From NCBI GenBank assembly GCA_964016885.1, contig OZ024743.1:170376001-170440000 (forward strand): a DNA stretch of 64,000 nt, written 5' to 3'. Positions 12,750 through 25,437 of the stretch are shown one piece after another. The position numbers were made by a program, and so were the translations under genes. The notes under the pieces are model-generated. The model made no database searches, was not told the origin of the DNA, and was given only the letters and a program-made list of their open reading frames with translations. Numbering within the stretch: the stretch's first letter is position 1; every line of letters starts with the position of its first letter. This stretch comes from Eledone cirrhosa (taxonomy: Eukaryota).

Positions 12750-13072
12750 GGAGGTGAGTGTTATTGTAGCACAATAAAGCAATGCAAATATCGGATAAGT
12801 AGCACTCAACAGTTTATAGGACTGGAGTATAAATAATATAAGATCAAAAGATGGTTAAAAGAGTTCCATGTATTTTATTGTGCGCATTTCAAAAACAAAT
12901 ATCATCATGGGATGATATTTGTAGATTTAACACTTCACTGCTCGCAAGTGTTTTTTAAGCTTCATATCATGTCTCCCTATTTTATCTGATGAGAACGCAA
13001 ATATCATCCCATGATGATATTTGTTTTTGAAATGCACATAATAAAATACATGGAACTCTTTTAACCATCTTT
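12750..13072. mobile_element. Inverted-repeat hammerhead element
   Basis: Arms ~12847-12921 and ~12998-13072. The tail 12750-12846 (minus) is attached to the left arm. (TA)n flanks. Confidence 0.75.
12978..13048 (+). ncRNA. Type-I hammerhead ribozyme
   Basis: tattttat CTGATGA, stem II caaatatcatc/gatgatatttg, GAAAT gcac ATA ataaaata. Stem I is a perfect 8 bp; the other arm has the palindromic loop gcgc. Confidence 0.8.
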
Positions 13073-13160
13073 AGTATATATTATATATGTATATATATAT
13101 ATGTGTCTATATATATATATCTATCTAAGTATATATATATATATATATATCAATGTATAT

Positions 13161-14388
13161 ATATCATCATCATCATCATCATTTTATGTCCGCTTTTCTC
13201 TGCTTGCACACATTTTCTCTCTCAACACATCCATGCTCGGCCGTTCACACACATTGACATTGCACATCGAACGGAGCATGCTTGCCTCCTTTCTCCAGCC
13301 ATCACATATCCTCTGCAATTGCTGCCCATGTCTCACTACCATGCAGCATTATTTTATTTTATTGCCTCTTGGACCCTAATCTCAATAGCTGGTCCCTCTG
13401 TCGGATCTACTGAGGGTAATTTCTCTCTCTCCCATTCGTTCTCCACATTCATCAGTCTCTCATAATGACATTTCCAGGCCTGCTGTTTCTGATCATTCGT
13501 GACACTAAGTACACCGTAAGTACACCGTCATCATTCCGGACACATTTATCTCCAACAACATCCTGATTTGCATTGACACACTGCCTTGCAATGTGGAACA
13601 CCACACGCCTCTGATCTCCCTGTCGCAGAACATTGGCAAACCTCCTACTCTCAGCCTCCCTGCGTGCTAAGTACACCTGACGTCTAGTTTCTCTCTTAGC
13701 GGCTGTATATCCTTCTCTACTCCCACCCTTTTTCCAAGCCTTCCATGCTAGTCTTTTGTCTCTAATGGCCTTATCTACTGTGCTGTTCCACCACCAGGTC
13801 ACTCTCTATCTGGTTGGAGCTCTGCTCCAGCCACAAGTTTTACCAGTAGCCTGCAGTAAGTTGTCACGTAAGAAATTCCAGTTATTATCTATGTCATACA
13901 TCTCTAAATCGTCTTCTTTTTCATCATACACATCTTGAAGAGCTTTCCTAAATTTGTATTTTAGTGAAAGGTATTTTAACTTCCAGACCTTTCTTCTCCA
14001 CACCTTCCTGTATGTCTCATTCCATCTCTTGCTTACTGAGATATCACTAAAGAATAACCTATGCTATGGGGTACATTCTTCTCCAGGGTATGCCTTGGTA
14101 TTTGACACCATCTGCCTGTCTCGCTGCCTAACTAGTAAGAAGTCAATCTGGCTTATGTGCTCGCCTGATTTCTAGGTTATTAGGTGGTTGGCAGGTTTCT
14201 GGAAGTTATTGTTGCAAATAGTCAGTGTACTTGCATCACAAAATTCAAGAAGTCTCACTCCTTCATTTCTTGAGCCATAACCGTGCCCAACATGTACCCC
14301 TGGAGCTGTCCAACATGACCATTGAAGTCCCCTGCTAGCATAACGATGTCTCCGTCCTCTGTCATTGCGGTTGTTTGTAAAAGTTGCT

Positions 14389-14390
<2 letters not shown>
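13161..14390 (-). mobile_element. Internally deleted RTE LINE
   Basis: AGDFNGHVG, TWWWNSTVD and C-terminal pieces with a (GAT)n tail. Same family as 33597-35770. Confidence 0.9.
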
Positions 14391-14454
<64 letters not shown>

Positions 14455-14653
14455 ATACTTGGGGAGGGTCATATTTGTGTAATATTGCCAGAATTAATAA
14501 CAGAACACACTCACTGTTTGGTTGGTTTTTGCTTCTTGCTTCTGTGTCTTTTATATCGGTAATCTAACTTACTCGGTCCTCAATGTTGCCATTGACTGAC
14601 CGACGGTCAAAAATAATACAGATACAATATAGACACAAACACATATATATAGT

Positions 14654-14698
14654 TTATCATAAATCTTTCGTTGCACATCTGCAACACCGTCAGTGGTG
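14654..14698 (-). ncRNA. Degenerate hammerhead inside a 14450-14900 repeat related to the 10272 family
   Basis: Minus strand reads CTGACGG t gttgc-agatgt-gcaac GAAAG at TTA tgat. The repeat starts gttatacttggggagggtcat, like 10272. Confidence 0.55.
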
Positions 14699-14897
14699 TT
14701 ATCGTTTCCTCCTGTTGTATTATATGTCTACGCCATTTTTATTCAGTCTGTCTATATATTTATTTGCTTGTTTGTTTATTTTATTTCGTCTTCTTTGCGC
14801 ATGCGTTTGCGTGTGTGTATAGTGTTTTGTTTGCTGTGTGATGGGTGACTAGTTTGTGTTTATGTGCTTGTTGTTATTGTGTTTGTGTATGTATTTA

Positions 14898-14966
<69 letters not shown>

Positions 14967-15051
14967 ATAATAATAATAAATTTGAAGACTAAAATCCAAA
15001 GAAGTCTCAATAAGGATAAATATATATCAAATATATAAGAACCGTAGAACA

Positions 15052-15288
15052 AATATTTATTAAAATAACAGATTAAAGTTTAAGTTTCAAAAAACGTTGC
15101 AACCGAAGGAAGACAGGAAGATGATACTTTGGTTCGTGGTAACGGGATGTTCGTGACTCCTCCGCCAGCGCTTGTTGGCGACAAAGGCAAACACCAGCAA
15201 GCCTTGTCGTACGGTGACTCAACCAGCCAGGAAAGACGTCTATCAGCGATTCTTTGCTTAAACTTTAATCTGTTATTTTAATAAATAT
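15052..15288. mobile_element. Helitron-derived fragment bounded by ~32-bp inverted repeats
   Basis: atatttattaaaataacagattaaagtttaag and its reverse complement form the ends. The interior matches the Helitron repeats at 18880-19060. Confidence 0.6.
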
Positions 15289-15325
15289 ATATATATAAAG
15301 TTGTTTGTAAAAGTTGCTATACATA

Positions 15326-15578
15326 GATATAACGAAGGAAATGTGGTAAGGAACCAGATGGACCATAACGCACCAAAGTTCTCAATACTTAGGGTAGTAG
15401 AGTGGGTAATAGGAACAAGTATGACTCCGACGGCAGAGCTCAAGCCGTTTCGACGGCTAATCCTGGACTAAATAAGAATTTTTAGCCAGGTAAATAAATT
15501 TATTTACCAGGCTAAAAATTGTTATTTAATCCAGAATTAGCCGTCGAAACGGCTTGAGCTCTGCCGTCGGGGTCATAT
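15326..15578. repeat. ~170-bp near-perfect palindrome with a one-sided tail
   Basis: 15409-15578 is self-complementary about ~15499, with essentially no spacer. Only the left arm extends (15326-15408). Confidence 0.85.
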
Positions 15579-15585
15579 TTGTTCC

Positions 15586-15620
<35 letters not shown>

Positions 15621-15691
15621 TACATATATGTACATATATATATATATATATATATATTATTATATATATATATATAATATATATACATATA

Positions 15692-15734
<43 letters not shown>

Positions 15735-15741
<7 letters not shown>

Positions 15742-16211
15742 TAAACGGAATAGAAAATGCTGACAAAGTGTTCACAGTTGAAAAATGGTTTAATTAGGAA
15801 TAAAAGAGTATTAGTGATTGTATGGGTTAGTATTCAGTTGTGGTTTTAAGTTTTTAAGTTTTTACCGGTTGCGCATTTCTAAATGCTTTTCAAAAATAAT
15901 TTTGAGATAGAGTGTCCGTGTTGTTTGCTCTGATCTGATTAGTTTTGGGAATTCTACCTGTTTTTATGTTAAAAAAGTGGCTCCAGCGTTACTTTGGTGT
16001 TGCAAAAATTCTTGTGGTCAAAACAATTTTGATTGGTCGGTAGAGGTCATGTGAATAAAAAATTGGTTTTGCGCCAAGATTGAGAAATGACTCTTTCACA
16101 ACAAATATGTGTGTGTGTGTGTGTGTGTGTGTAGTAGTAGTAGTAGTAGTAAGGTGTTCGATGTTGTGATAATGGTTAGCAGGGATGTGTGTCAAATGGC
16201 TATTAAGATAA

Positions 16212-16242
<31 letters not shown>

Positions 16243-16594
16243 GCAGAGTAATTCGTGGTAGCAGGGATGGTAAGTAAGAATGTGTCTGAAAGCAATGGGG
16301 GTATTTTAGCATGTCAAAAGATATTTTTCAGCTTTTGTCTTATACGGAGAAGTGCGTGTGTGTGTGTGTGTATAAGTCTCTTTGTATGTTAATGTACGCG
16401 TGTGTATGTGTGTGTGTATATGTGTGTTTTTGTGTGTGTGTGTGTGGGTGGACCAGTATTTTTTTCCCCCTGGTAAAATGGTGTACATTATTTGATTTTT
16501 TCAGTAAAATCGGTTCTCTTAATAGAACATCAAAAATCTTAACAATAAAAGGTGTGAAATGATATTCACTATATATATATACACATACATATAT

Positions 16595-16644
<50 letters not shown>

Positions 16645-17113
16645 TTTTTTTGTGTTGCACCATAGAGCATGTGTGTTTACGTATGTCATTGTGTTTATAT
16701 GTGGGTAGAGATGTGTGCTGATGTAGGTATGTATGTTGACGTGTGTATGTTGTGGGTTCGTCTTAGGGAGAAGTGTTTAGAGGGGTCCGTATTTGTTAAT
16801 GAAGTAATTAAAATACGGGAATACAGGAAAATACCACTGAGTGAACACATTGATACCTGTGCCGCCCAAAATCATCCCAACTTCAGAATCTTTCCCCTCT
16901 ACAAATTTAAAGATAATGCCACCGACACCCAGCGCATCAGCAAGGAATCTTACTTCATTAACAAATACGGACCCCGTCTAAACACTTCTCCCTAAGACGA
17001 ACCCACAACATACACACGTCAACATACATACCTACATCAGCACACATCTCTACCCACATATAAACACAATGACATACGTAAACACACATGCTCTATGGTG
17101 CAATACAAAAAAA

Positions 17114-17157
<44 letters not shown>

Positions 17158-17593
17158 ATATATGTATGTGTATATATATATAGTGAATATCATTTCACAC
17201 CTTTTATTGTTAAGATTTTTGATGTTCTATTAAGAGAACCGATTTTACTGAAAAAATCGAATAATGTACACCATTTTACCAGGGGGAAAAAAATACTGGT
17301 CCACCCACACACACACATATATATATACACACACACATACACACGCGTACATTAACATACAAAGAGACTTATACACACACACACACACACACTTCTCCGT
17401 ATAAGACAAAAGCTGAAAAATATCTTTTGATATGCTAAAATACCCCCATTGCTTTCAGACACATTCTTACTGACCATCCCTGCTACCACGAATTACTCTG
17501 CTATATATACACACACACACACTTATCTTAATAGCCATTTGACACACATCCCTGCTAACCATTATCACAACATCGAACACCTTACTACTACTA

Positions 17594-17627
<34 letters not shown>

Positions 17628-18151
17628 TTGTTGTGAAAGAGTCATTTCTCAATCTTGGCGCAAAACCAATTTTTTATTCACATGACCTCTACCGACCAAT
17701 CAAAATTGTTTTGACCACGAATTTTTGCAAACACCAAGTAGCGCTGGAGCCACTTTTTTAACATAAAAACAGTCTTGGCGCAAAATCAATTTTTTACATT
17801 CACATGACCTCTACCGACCAATCAAAATTGTTTTGACCACAAGAATTTTTGCAACACCAAAGTAACGCTGGAGCCACTTTTTTAACATAAAAACAGGTAG
17901 AATTCCCAAAACTAATCAGATCAGAGCAAACAACACGGACACGCTATCTCAAAATTATTTTTGAAAAGCATTTAGAAATGCGCAACCGGTAAAAACTTAA
18001 AAACATAAAACCACAACTGAATACTAACCCATACAATCACTAATACTCTTTTATTCCTAATTAAACCATTTTTCAACTGTTAACAATTTGTCAGCATTTT
18101 CTATTCCGTTTACCAATATATAATAACTTGTGTGTTACACCTCTATTCTTT

Positions 18152-18155
<4 letters not shown>
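15735..18155 (+). mobile_element. Penelope-like fold-back: ~1.1-kb inverted arms around a GIY-YIG C-terminal remnant
   Basis: Arms ~15735-16807 and 16950-18120. Spacer plus arm start encode ...PLSEHIDTC..FRIFPLYKF..QRISKESYFINKYGPRLN. Degenerate hammerhead at 17957-17995; tail 18121-18155. Confidence 0.8.
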
Positions 18156-18199
<44 letters not shown>

Positions 18200-18200
18200 A

Positions 18201-18236
<36 letters not shown>

Positions 18237-18260
18237 GTATATATATATATATATATATAC

Positions 18261-18323
<63 letters not shown>

Positions 18324-18391
18324 CTAGCAGAAGTACCCGGCGTTTCCCAGGTGTAAGTCGACCTTTGCTCTGTTGTTAAAATGTGTGAAAG

Positions 18392-19092
18392 TCACTTCCC
18401 GCGCATCAAAGGTGCAACGTTGTTGTTGGGGTTCACGCTGTTGTTGGTGTTGTTATTGTCTACACCAAAGGAGGTCATCATGAAACAGGAGTTGTATTTC
18501 CACATGTTACGGCGGAACGTTGTAGCCGTAGTGTCGTCACCTGTAAGTAGATTCAGAAGAACGTCTGGCGGGTCCGCCAATGCCTCTAGTTGCACCTTAC
18601 CTCTTGCACAGCACATAGAAGGCGCCTCGCCTGGCCACTTCATTGCCTTGCAGGATGTACAGACATTATCTATTTTGCCAATGGAAACTGTAGGCAGAAG
18701 TCCGTAATCCTCAGAGGGGTTATATTTGAAGGCTGCTTTTACCCAGCCTGAGCTATTGGCAGCAGTAGCTAATGTATGCCGGGAACGCTTAGCAGCAAGC
18801 CTGTTGTCTCTTTCTGCCGTGGACTCCTCTGAAAGCGCTTGTTGACGACGAAGGCGAACCCCAGCAAGCCTCGTCTGACAGGATGTTGGTGATTCCTCTG
18901 CAAGCGCTTGTTTGTGACGAAGGCGAACACCAGCAAGACGCATCGTACGGGATGTTGGTGACTCCTCCTCCAGCGCTTTTTGGCAACGAAGGCGAACATC
19001 AGCAAGCCTTTTCGTACGGGATGCTGGTGACTCAACCAGCCGGGAAAGACGTCTATCAGCAAGTCGAGATTCGCGCTCAGCAGGTGTTTCAT
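18392..19092 (-). pseudogene. Helitron RepHel N-terminal repeats and Zn-finger region
   Basis: CTSCKAMKWPGEAPSMCCARGKVQL...FRRNMWKYNSCFMMTSFG is typical Helitron N-terminal sequence. Truncated and frameshifted. Confidence 0.85.
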
Positions 19093-19509
19093 AGAGAAAG
19101 TTAATTAATGATACTGGTTAGCTAAGCCAAAGGCACTCTGCCAATGGTATATGAGAAAAGTGTAATATGAACAAAAGGGAATCAAGGTAAGACAATAAAT
19201 TTAATATAACTACGATTAGAATGTTGTAGTTGCTTAAAAGTGGTGACAGTTAGGATAAACGCAGTGCTTGCTAACATTAAGTCAGAATATTGCATAAAGG
19301 ATACCTGAGAACGCCTAATTCATCGACTCAAAGCAGTAGCTGTATCATTTTTGGAGGTAAGTCTTGAACGTTTCCATGTGGGCATAACGGCGTGTAACGA
19401 AGCTGTTAGGTTAGAGAGGGGTGATTAAGTACAGAGAGAGGTGACACCAGATTCGCTAGCATGGTTACTGGCGAATGGGAAGGTTTTGAAATATGATTAT
19501 AATAACTTA

Positions 19510-19770
19510 CCGAATTTTCCGGCCTATAAAGTGCACTTAAAATACCTAAATTTCATTAAAAAAAACAGCTCTGCGCTTTATACTCCGGTGAGCCTTATGA
19601 TGTATAAATAATACAATGGTAATCAATCACGGCTCTAACAGAAGTCATAGATCTAGACTAAAAGTAAAGAAGATAGCATTTTCCTGGTTGGCCTTACACA
19701 CCGTTGCACGGACCTGATTTTAAATGATACGCCTTATATCCCGGTGAGCCTTATAGAGCGGAAAATACGG
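19510..19770. mobile_element. Tc1/mariner (pogo-like) MITE nested in the Helitron
   Basis: TIRs CCGAATTTTCCG / CGGAAAATACGG, TA on both sides, and an internal repeated ccggtgagccttat. Confidence 0.8.
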
Positions 19771-21643
19771 TATCTATTGGAAAAGAATACAAATTCATGA
19801 CCAAGGTGTGACAACATTGGCGTCTATACAGTGCTTGAAACAAACTTGTCCCAAACCCTGGGATCTTTCTCGTTAAGAATCCACCCAAAAGGAACCGTTT
19901 CTTAGTTACAAAAAATAACTAAAGTGAATAGTAGCTATATTTCTGACATATCATGCCAAAAAGAACAATATATTCAAAAAAGTTTCTAAAGTACATTCAA
20001 TCTCTCTTTTTGACCGATGTCTTAATAAGCAAATTATCGATTTTTTATTAGCTGTCAGTGTTTATCTGCATGCAGATGGTCTATGAGAACTAATTAAAAA
20101 ATTAAAGAACAATAGCAATTTGCAAATGCGCTCATAACATTTAGTCGTAAACAGAACCAAAAATGCCATTAGAGGTGGGCTAATAATGGAAAAGACACAA
20201 ACCCTGGTGAACTTACGTTTAAAAACCCGAAAACTTACTCACTTCCTGTGCAAAAGGCTGTGACAGTAGTGTTATGAATTAAGTAATTTTTTAGAACCTT
20301 TTGTTTAAAAAAGGAAAAAATTGGTACTGACGTAACATTTTTTACAACTTTGTATGTGTCCAATACAACTTGGTTAAAGTATTATTTAGTAAATTTTTTT
20401 TAAAAAGCATGATTATTGAAAATTTAGCTTTTAGCTTTTGGCATCACAAAAGACACCATTAAATTTGGTTTCCTTTTAGATAGGGATAATACTGTATTCG
20501 CACTTGAAAAGGGGGAATATGAAAAGTTTAACGTTAAGATGTCGACAATCCCCTAGTCCCAATGGGGATTTTTAAATTTAAGGAAGGCGAAAAATGAATT
20601 AAATTTAACTGAAACGGCATGCAGGTAGTCTAAATAAATAAGCACTAACTCACCGATAAGTAAGTGGGCAAATTCTGTAAAGGTCCGTTTAGTGTGATGG
20701 CTGGATTTATTGTTGTTCACAAAAAGCGGATACACACAAAGAGAAAAAGGCAGTTCGCACGTGCGTACATACCTGTTTGTGTATCTATCGTTGAGAAAAG
20801 ATACTGCTCGTGGTATAGTCCAATCAATAATGCATGTGATGTGCATGCTTATATGGGCATATGAAATTGATTTTGATTGCGCCAGGTGTAAACTAAAAGT
20901 ACTTGTGTTCGAATACATACACATTAAATTTCATTGAAATCGAAAGATTTTTGAAAAAAATATGAAAAACATTCTGTCATATTTTGTTGACTGTACAATT
21001 ATTTAAGAATTAAGAATTCTACTTAAAGAACCCTGAATATCTGTTTGTAAAGCCTTCCATTTTCCCATAAAGAAAGGCATAGATTTGCATATTTCCGCAA
21101 TATTGCACCATTGATAATTAAACTATGAATAATTGCCTGCCCTAACTCTTAAAGGTCTCATTTAACGCATGATTTATGAGTTAAAAAAACTTTCTGAATT
21201 TTTGCAGCCTTGGAGTAACTCCTAATGGATCTATTATTGTGGTAATATCAAATTTCATTGAAATCGGACGAATTCTGAAAATATCGATTTTAGCCTCTGG
21301 TGATCCAATTTAATGTAGCCCATGTTCATTCCCGGATCAAAATACAAACTTGCGTCAGGTTTCATCGAAATCGGACGATTTTTGAAAATATCGATTTTTG
21401 GCTTCTGAGGGCCCGATTATCGATCTTTCGAAAATTTCAAGTAGCCTATTCCAATCTACGGGTCGAGTTTTATATATGTGTCAAGTTTCATGAAAATCGG
21501 ATGAACGGTGTAGCCTGCAAGTTCGGGACACCAAACAAACAAACAAACAACGCCCAACTTCACTTTATATATATAGATATATAAAAGTAAAAAACAAAAA
21601 CAATAACAATGAATGCAGTACGAACAGTGTTGGTATTAGATTC

Positions 21644-21705
<62 letters not shown>

Positions 21706-21730
21706 GTATGTATACATATATATATGTATA

Positions 21731-22208
21731 TCATCATTATCATTTTACGTCCACTTTTCCCTGCTTGCAAGGGTTGGACGGGTCCTATTCAGCACAACAT
21801 ATCTCCAATTGTCACAGTCCTTCATCATCTCCTCGGTGAGTTTCAGCAATCTGAGGTCTGCTCTCTCCACCTCCACCCTTGTTTTACGTGGTCTACTCTA
21901 CTGCTTCTTCCTTCTACTGGGATTTCTTGGCACTTCTTTGCCCAGCGGTCATCATCCATGTGCATCACATGTCCATACCATCGCAATCTTCTCCTGCACA
22001 CCACAACTTATCCCTCTTTCTCAACTCGTCTATTCTTGGTCATTTACGCACATTGACATTGCACATCCAACGGAACATACTTGCTTCATTTCTCTCCAAC
22101 CGTCGCATATCCTCTGCAGTTGCTGCCCATGTCTCACTACCATGCAGCATCGCGCATCTCACACAGGCATCATAGAACCGTCCTTTCCTACGCATATAAC
22201 CGTCCTTT
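21731..22208 (-). mobile_element. RTE LINE 3' fragment
   Basis: [30 protein letters not shown] plus the RTE tail. Confidence 0.9.
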
Positions 22209-22407
22209 CGTATATATATATATATATATATATATACCCTTGCAAGCAGGGAAAAGCGGACGTAAAATGATGATGATGATGATGATATATATATATATAT
22301 ATGTATACATATATATATGTATACATATATATATCTATATCTATACATATATATATATATATATGCATGCATATATATGTATACATATAATATATATATA
22401 TATATTT

Positions 22408-22438
<31 letters not shown>

Positions 22439-23247
22439 CTAGCTGGCCTGTCCTGTTGGCTTCCGGCTTGGTATACCGGCATTTTATCTTTTCAAGTATC
22501 CCCCCTACACTCCAGTGCAAAGATACCGCACGCCCTCTCAAGTCAGCGAGGGGGGGGGGGGGGTTAACGTGCTCTGATGTTGAGTTTGAATATTTTTAGG
22601 ATTCCCCAGTTCAGCAGCCAGTACGTTAAAGAAAATTGATAGTTACAACAATAAAGGTTGAACAGAGAACACATTTTTTAACAAACAATAATTTGTACAA
22701 CCATAATGGAAATTCCAAGTAACAGAAAATATTTAAATTACATTGTTAGAGCCTCAGAGTATACAATATTTTTTGTTTGGCCCTCCGGAGCAAAGATGAA
22801 GAGAGATTGTTTGGCGAGCTCACCCTAGAGCATCCTACATACAATTGACCATGGGAGAATCACTGATTTCGTAGCTCGTCTCGCAGCGAAGCTCTGTAGA
22901 TGTTGACCTCTGGATACTCCTGTCAGGAGCTGTAGTGACTTAGAGGCCTACCACCAATCTCCAGGACACTGTTTTCAAGACAAATGAGCACCTCATTGAA
23001 AACAACATCGTATGTTACGTTTGGATTATGTGTGCGGTGGAGGATGTCCTCAGCTAGACTTTCATGGTGGTTGTTCCACAGTGCGAGAGGGTCGGCGAGA
23101 TCGCAGTTGTGCAGCATAATAGCAAATAGTTTTTGCCGCTGAGAACGGACTTTAGCAGTTGCTGCTTCTTGTAGGGTGAGGTGCCAATGGCTGTCATTCT
23201 GTAACATACCGCGCATCTGGCAAGCCAAACGGTAAGTGGAACATTGA
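22439..23247 (-). mobile_element. Helitron fragment (inter-domain region plus PIF1 helicase C-terminus and 3' end)
   Basis: TYRLACQMRGMLQNDSHWHLTLQEA..DPLALWNNH; FSHGQLYVGCSRV..GQTKNIVYSEAL at ~22740-22860; ends CTAG|T at 22439. Confidence 0.85.
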
Positions 23248-23259
23248 TACATATATATA

Positions 23260-23844
23260 TCTATACTATAAAGAATCTTGAACTAATCTTGAAAAGACTG
23301 TGGTCCTCTAACCTCGAACAGTAACAATGACAATAAGCCGTCTGTGCTTTCGTGAAATAAATGGGTTTTTGTTTTTGTGTATGCAAAAATATATGTACAC
23401 AAATATATATATTAAAATAACAGATTAAAGTTTAAGCAAAGATTGCTGCTTTCACCCTTAATGTGATCTTCTGAAGCTAAAAAATCCGTCTGTGAACGCA
23501 GAAGTAAATATTTCGAAAAACGTTATCTAATGCAGACAGCCAGACATACAGAGACATATTATAAGGGCGCTACGTTATAGCTATGTATTTATCTAAAAAC
23601 AGACTAAGAAAAAGAGGGGAATGTTGTGCGACGTCATAAGAAAAAGTGAGGAATGACGTATAACCGGAAGTATTGACATTTGAAATAATATCTTTAATCT
23701 TTTAACAAAATTCAGTAGACAAAAATACCCTCACTTTTTTACTTGGAAAAAGTTACATCTATGGTGTAAATTTGGTGCTGTTTGGTCCAGCCGTTTGGCG
23801 GAAAGTTTGTTACCTACATACGGCTATCAGCTTTATAGTATAGA
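23260..23844. mobile_element. Helitron-related element with the 5' terminus at both ends (14-bp TIR)
   Basis: TCTATACTATAAAG ... CTTTATAGTATAGA, inserted in (TA)n. Confidence 0.65.
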
Positions 23845-23949
23845 TATATATATGTATACCTATGTATATGTATACATACATATATATATGTATACATATA
23901 TATATATGTATACATATATATATATGTATACATATATATATGTATACAT

Positions 23950-25437
23950 ATCATCATCATCATCATTTTACGTCTGCTTTTCCCTGCTTGCAAGGGTGGG
24001 ACGGGTCTTATTCAGCACAGCATCTCTCCACTTGTCACGGTCCTTCGTCATCTCCACCGTGAGCTTCAGCGATCTGAGGTCTGTTCTCACCACCTTCTCC
24101 CATGTTTTTCGTGGTCTACCTCTACCACGTCTTCCTTCAACTCGCATTTCCTGGCACTTTTTCACCCATCAGTCATCCTCCATGCACATCACATGTCCAT
24201 ACCACCACAGTCTCCTCTCTCGCACACTACATTCTATCTCTCTCAGACACAGTTTCTCTCTCAACACATCCATGCTGGGTTGTTCACGCACATTGACATT
24301 GCACATCCAACGGAGTATGCTTGCCTCATTTTTCTCCAACCGTCGCATATCCTATGTAGTTGCTGCCCATGTCTCACTACCATGCAACATTGCGCACCTC
24401 ACACAGGCATCATATAACCGGCCTTTCGTACGCAGGAAGAAACCCTTCTTCGTCAGCAGAGGAAGCAGCTCCCTAAACTTCTTCCAACCCATCCTTATTC
24501 TAGATACTATAATCTCGGAACACCCCCTCCTCCCATGCTAATCTGATCACTTAGGTACCAGAAGCTATCCACCACTTCTATAGCACCCGCCTGCATTTAA
24601 AAAAATGTGTCTATCAATGCAACTTCTACTGTCTAATTTTCCTGTACATCTACTGCATACGTATTTCTCCCTACCTGTTAGTTTGTCTGTTATCCCACTA
24701 CATATCTTGTGTACCCAGGATCTGCATTGTGTGCATTTTATAGAATTTATGCCAGTTCCTTTTCTGTATATCGAACTTGGCTATTTCCCTGACGGAATCA
24801 GAGTTTTGTCCTCTTTGCTACTCATCAACACTTTTGTCTTAGCTAGGTTCACTCTCAGTCCTCTTGCTTCCAACTGCTGTTTCCATAGCCAGAATTTATT
24901 CTCTAGCTCCTCTACTGATTCTGCTATAAGAACCAGATCGTCAGCATAGAGAAGTTCCCATGGACAGCCAGTCTTAAACTCCTCTGTTATGGCTTGGAGG
25001 ACTATAATGAACAAGAGCGTGCTGAGGGCCGAACCTTGATGTACTCCTACTTGTATCTGGAATTCCTCACTAAACTCCATTCATACCCTGACTTTACTGA
25101 CAGCACCTCTGTACAAAGATTGCACTGTCCTCACAAGCCATTCCTTAGGGACCACCAGATGATAGATCGGGGTACCCTATCAAAGGCCTTCTCTAGGTCA
25201 ATAAAGGCTAAGGCTAGTGGCCTATTCTTCCCTAAGAACCTCTCTTGTAATTGTCTCACCAAGAAGAGGGCATCTGTTGTACTTTTCCCAGGCACAAAAC
25301 CAAACTGCATCTCATCTAGTTTGACTCTTTCTCTAATTAGTTGTGCTAATATCCTTTCTGCCATTTTCATAACCTGATCCATCAGTTTTATACCCCTATA
25401 ATTGTTCCTCTCTAGAGCATCCACTTTACCTTTGTAA
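23950..25437 (-). mobile_element. RTE LINE 3' half (RT to tail)
   Basis: NYRGIKL, EMQFGF, FIDLEKAFDRVPR, GVHQGS, ELLYADDLVL, GRGRPRKTW and a (GAT)n tail. Confidence 0.95.

Larger units (their letters stand above)
18324..21577 (-). mobile_element. Non-autonomous Helitron with RepHel N-terminal remnant
   Basis: 5' A|TCtatatatataaag at 21577; 3' hairpin cctgggaaacgccggg then CTAG|T at 18324. Confidence 0.85.

Noticed and set aside
18780-19060. Regularly spaced ~70-bp repeats resembling CRISPR
   Set aside because: Tandem coding repeats of the Helitron RepHel N-terminus; no unique spacers, and the context is eukaryotic.
23795-24541. Long plus-strand ORF (also 39810-40472, 36083-36631, 53302-53706)
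   Set aside because: Antisense shadows of retroelement ORFs.
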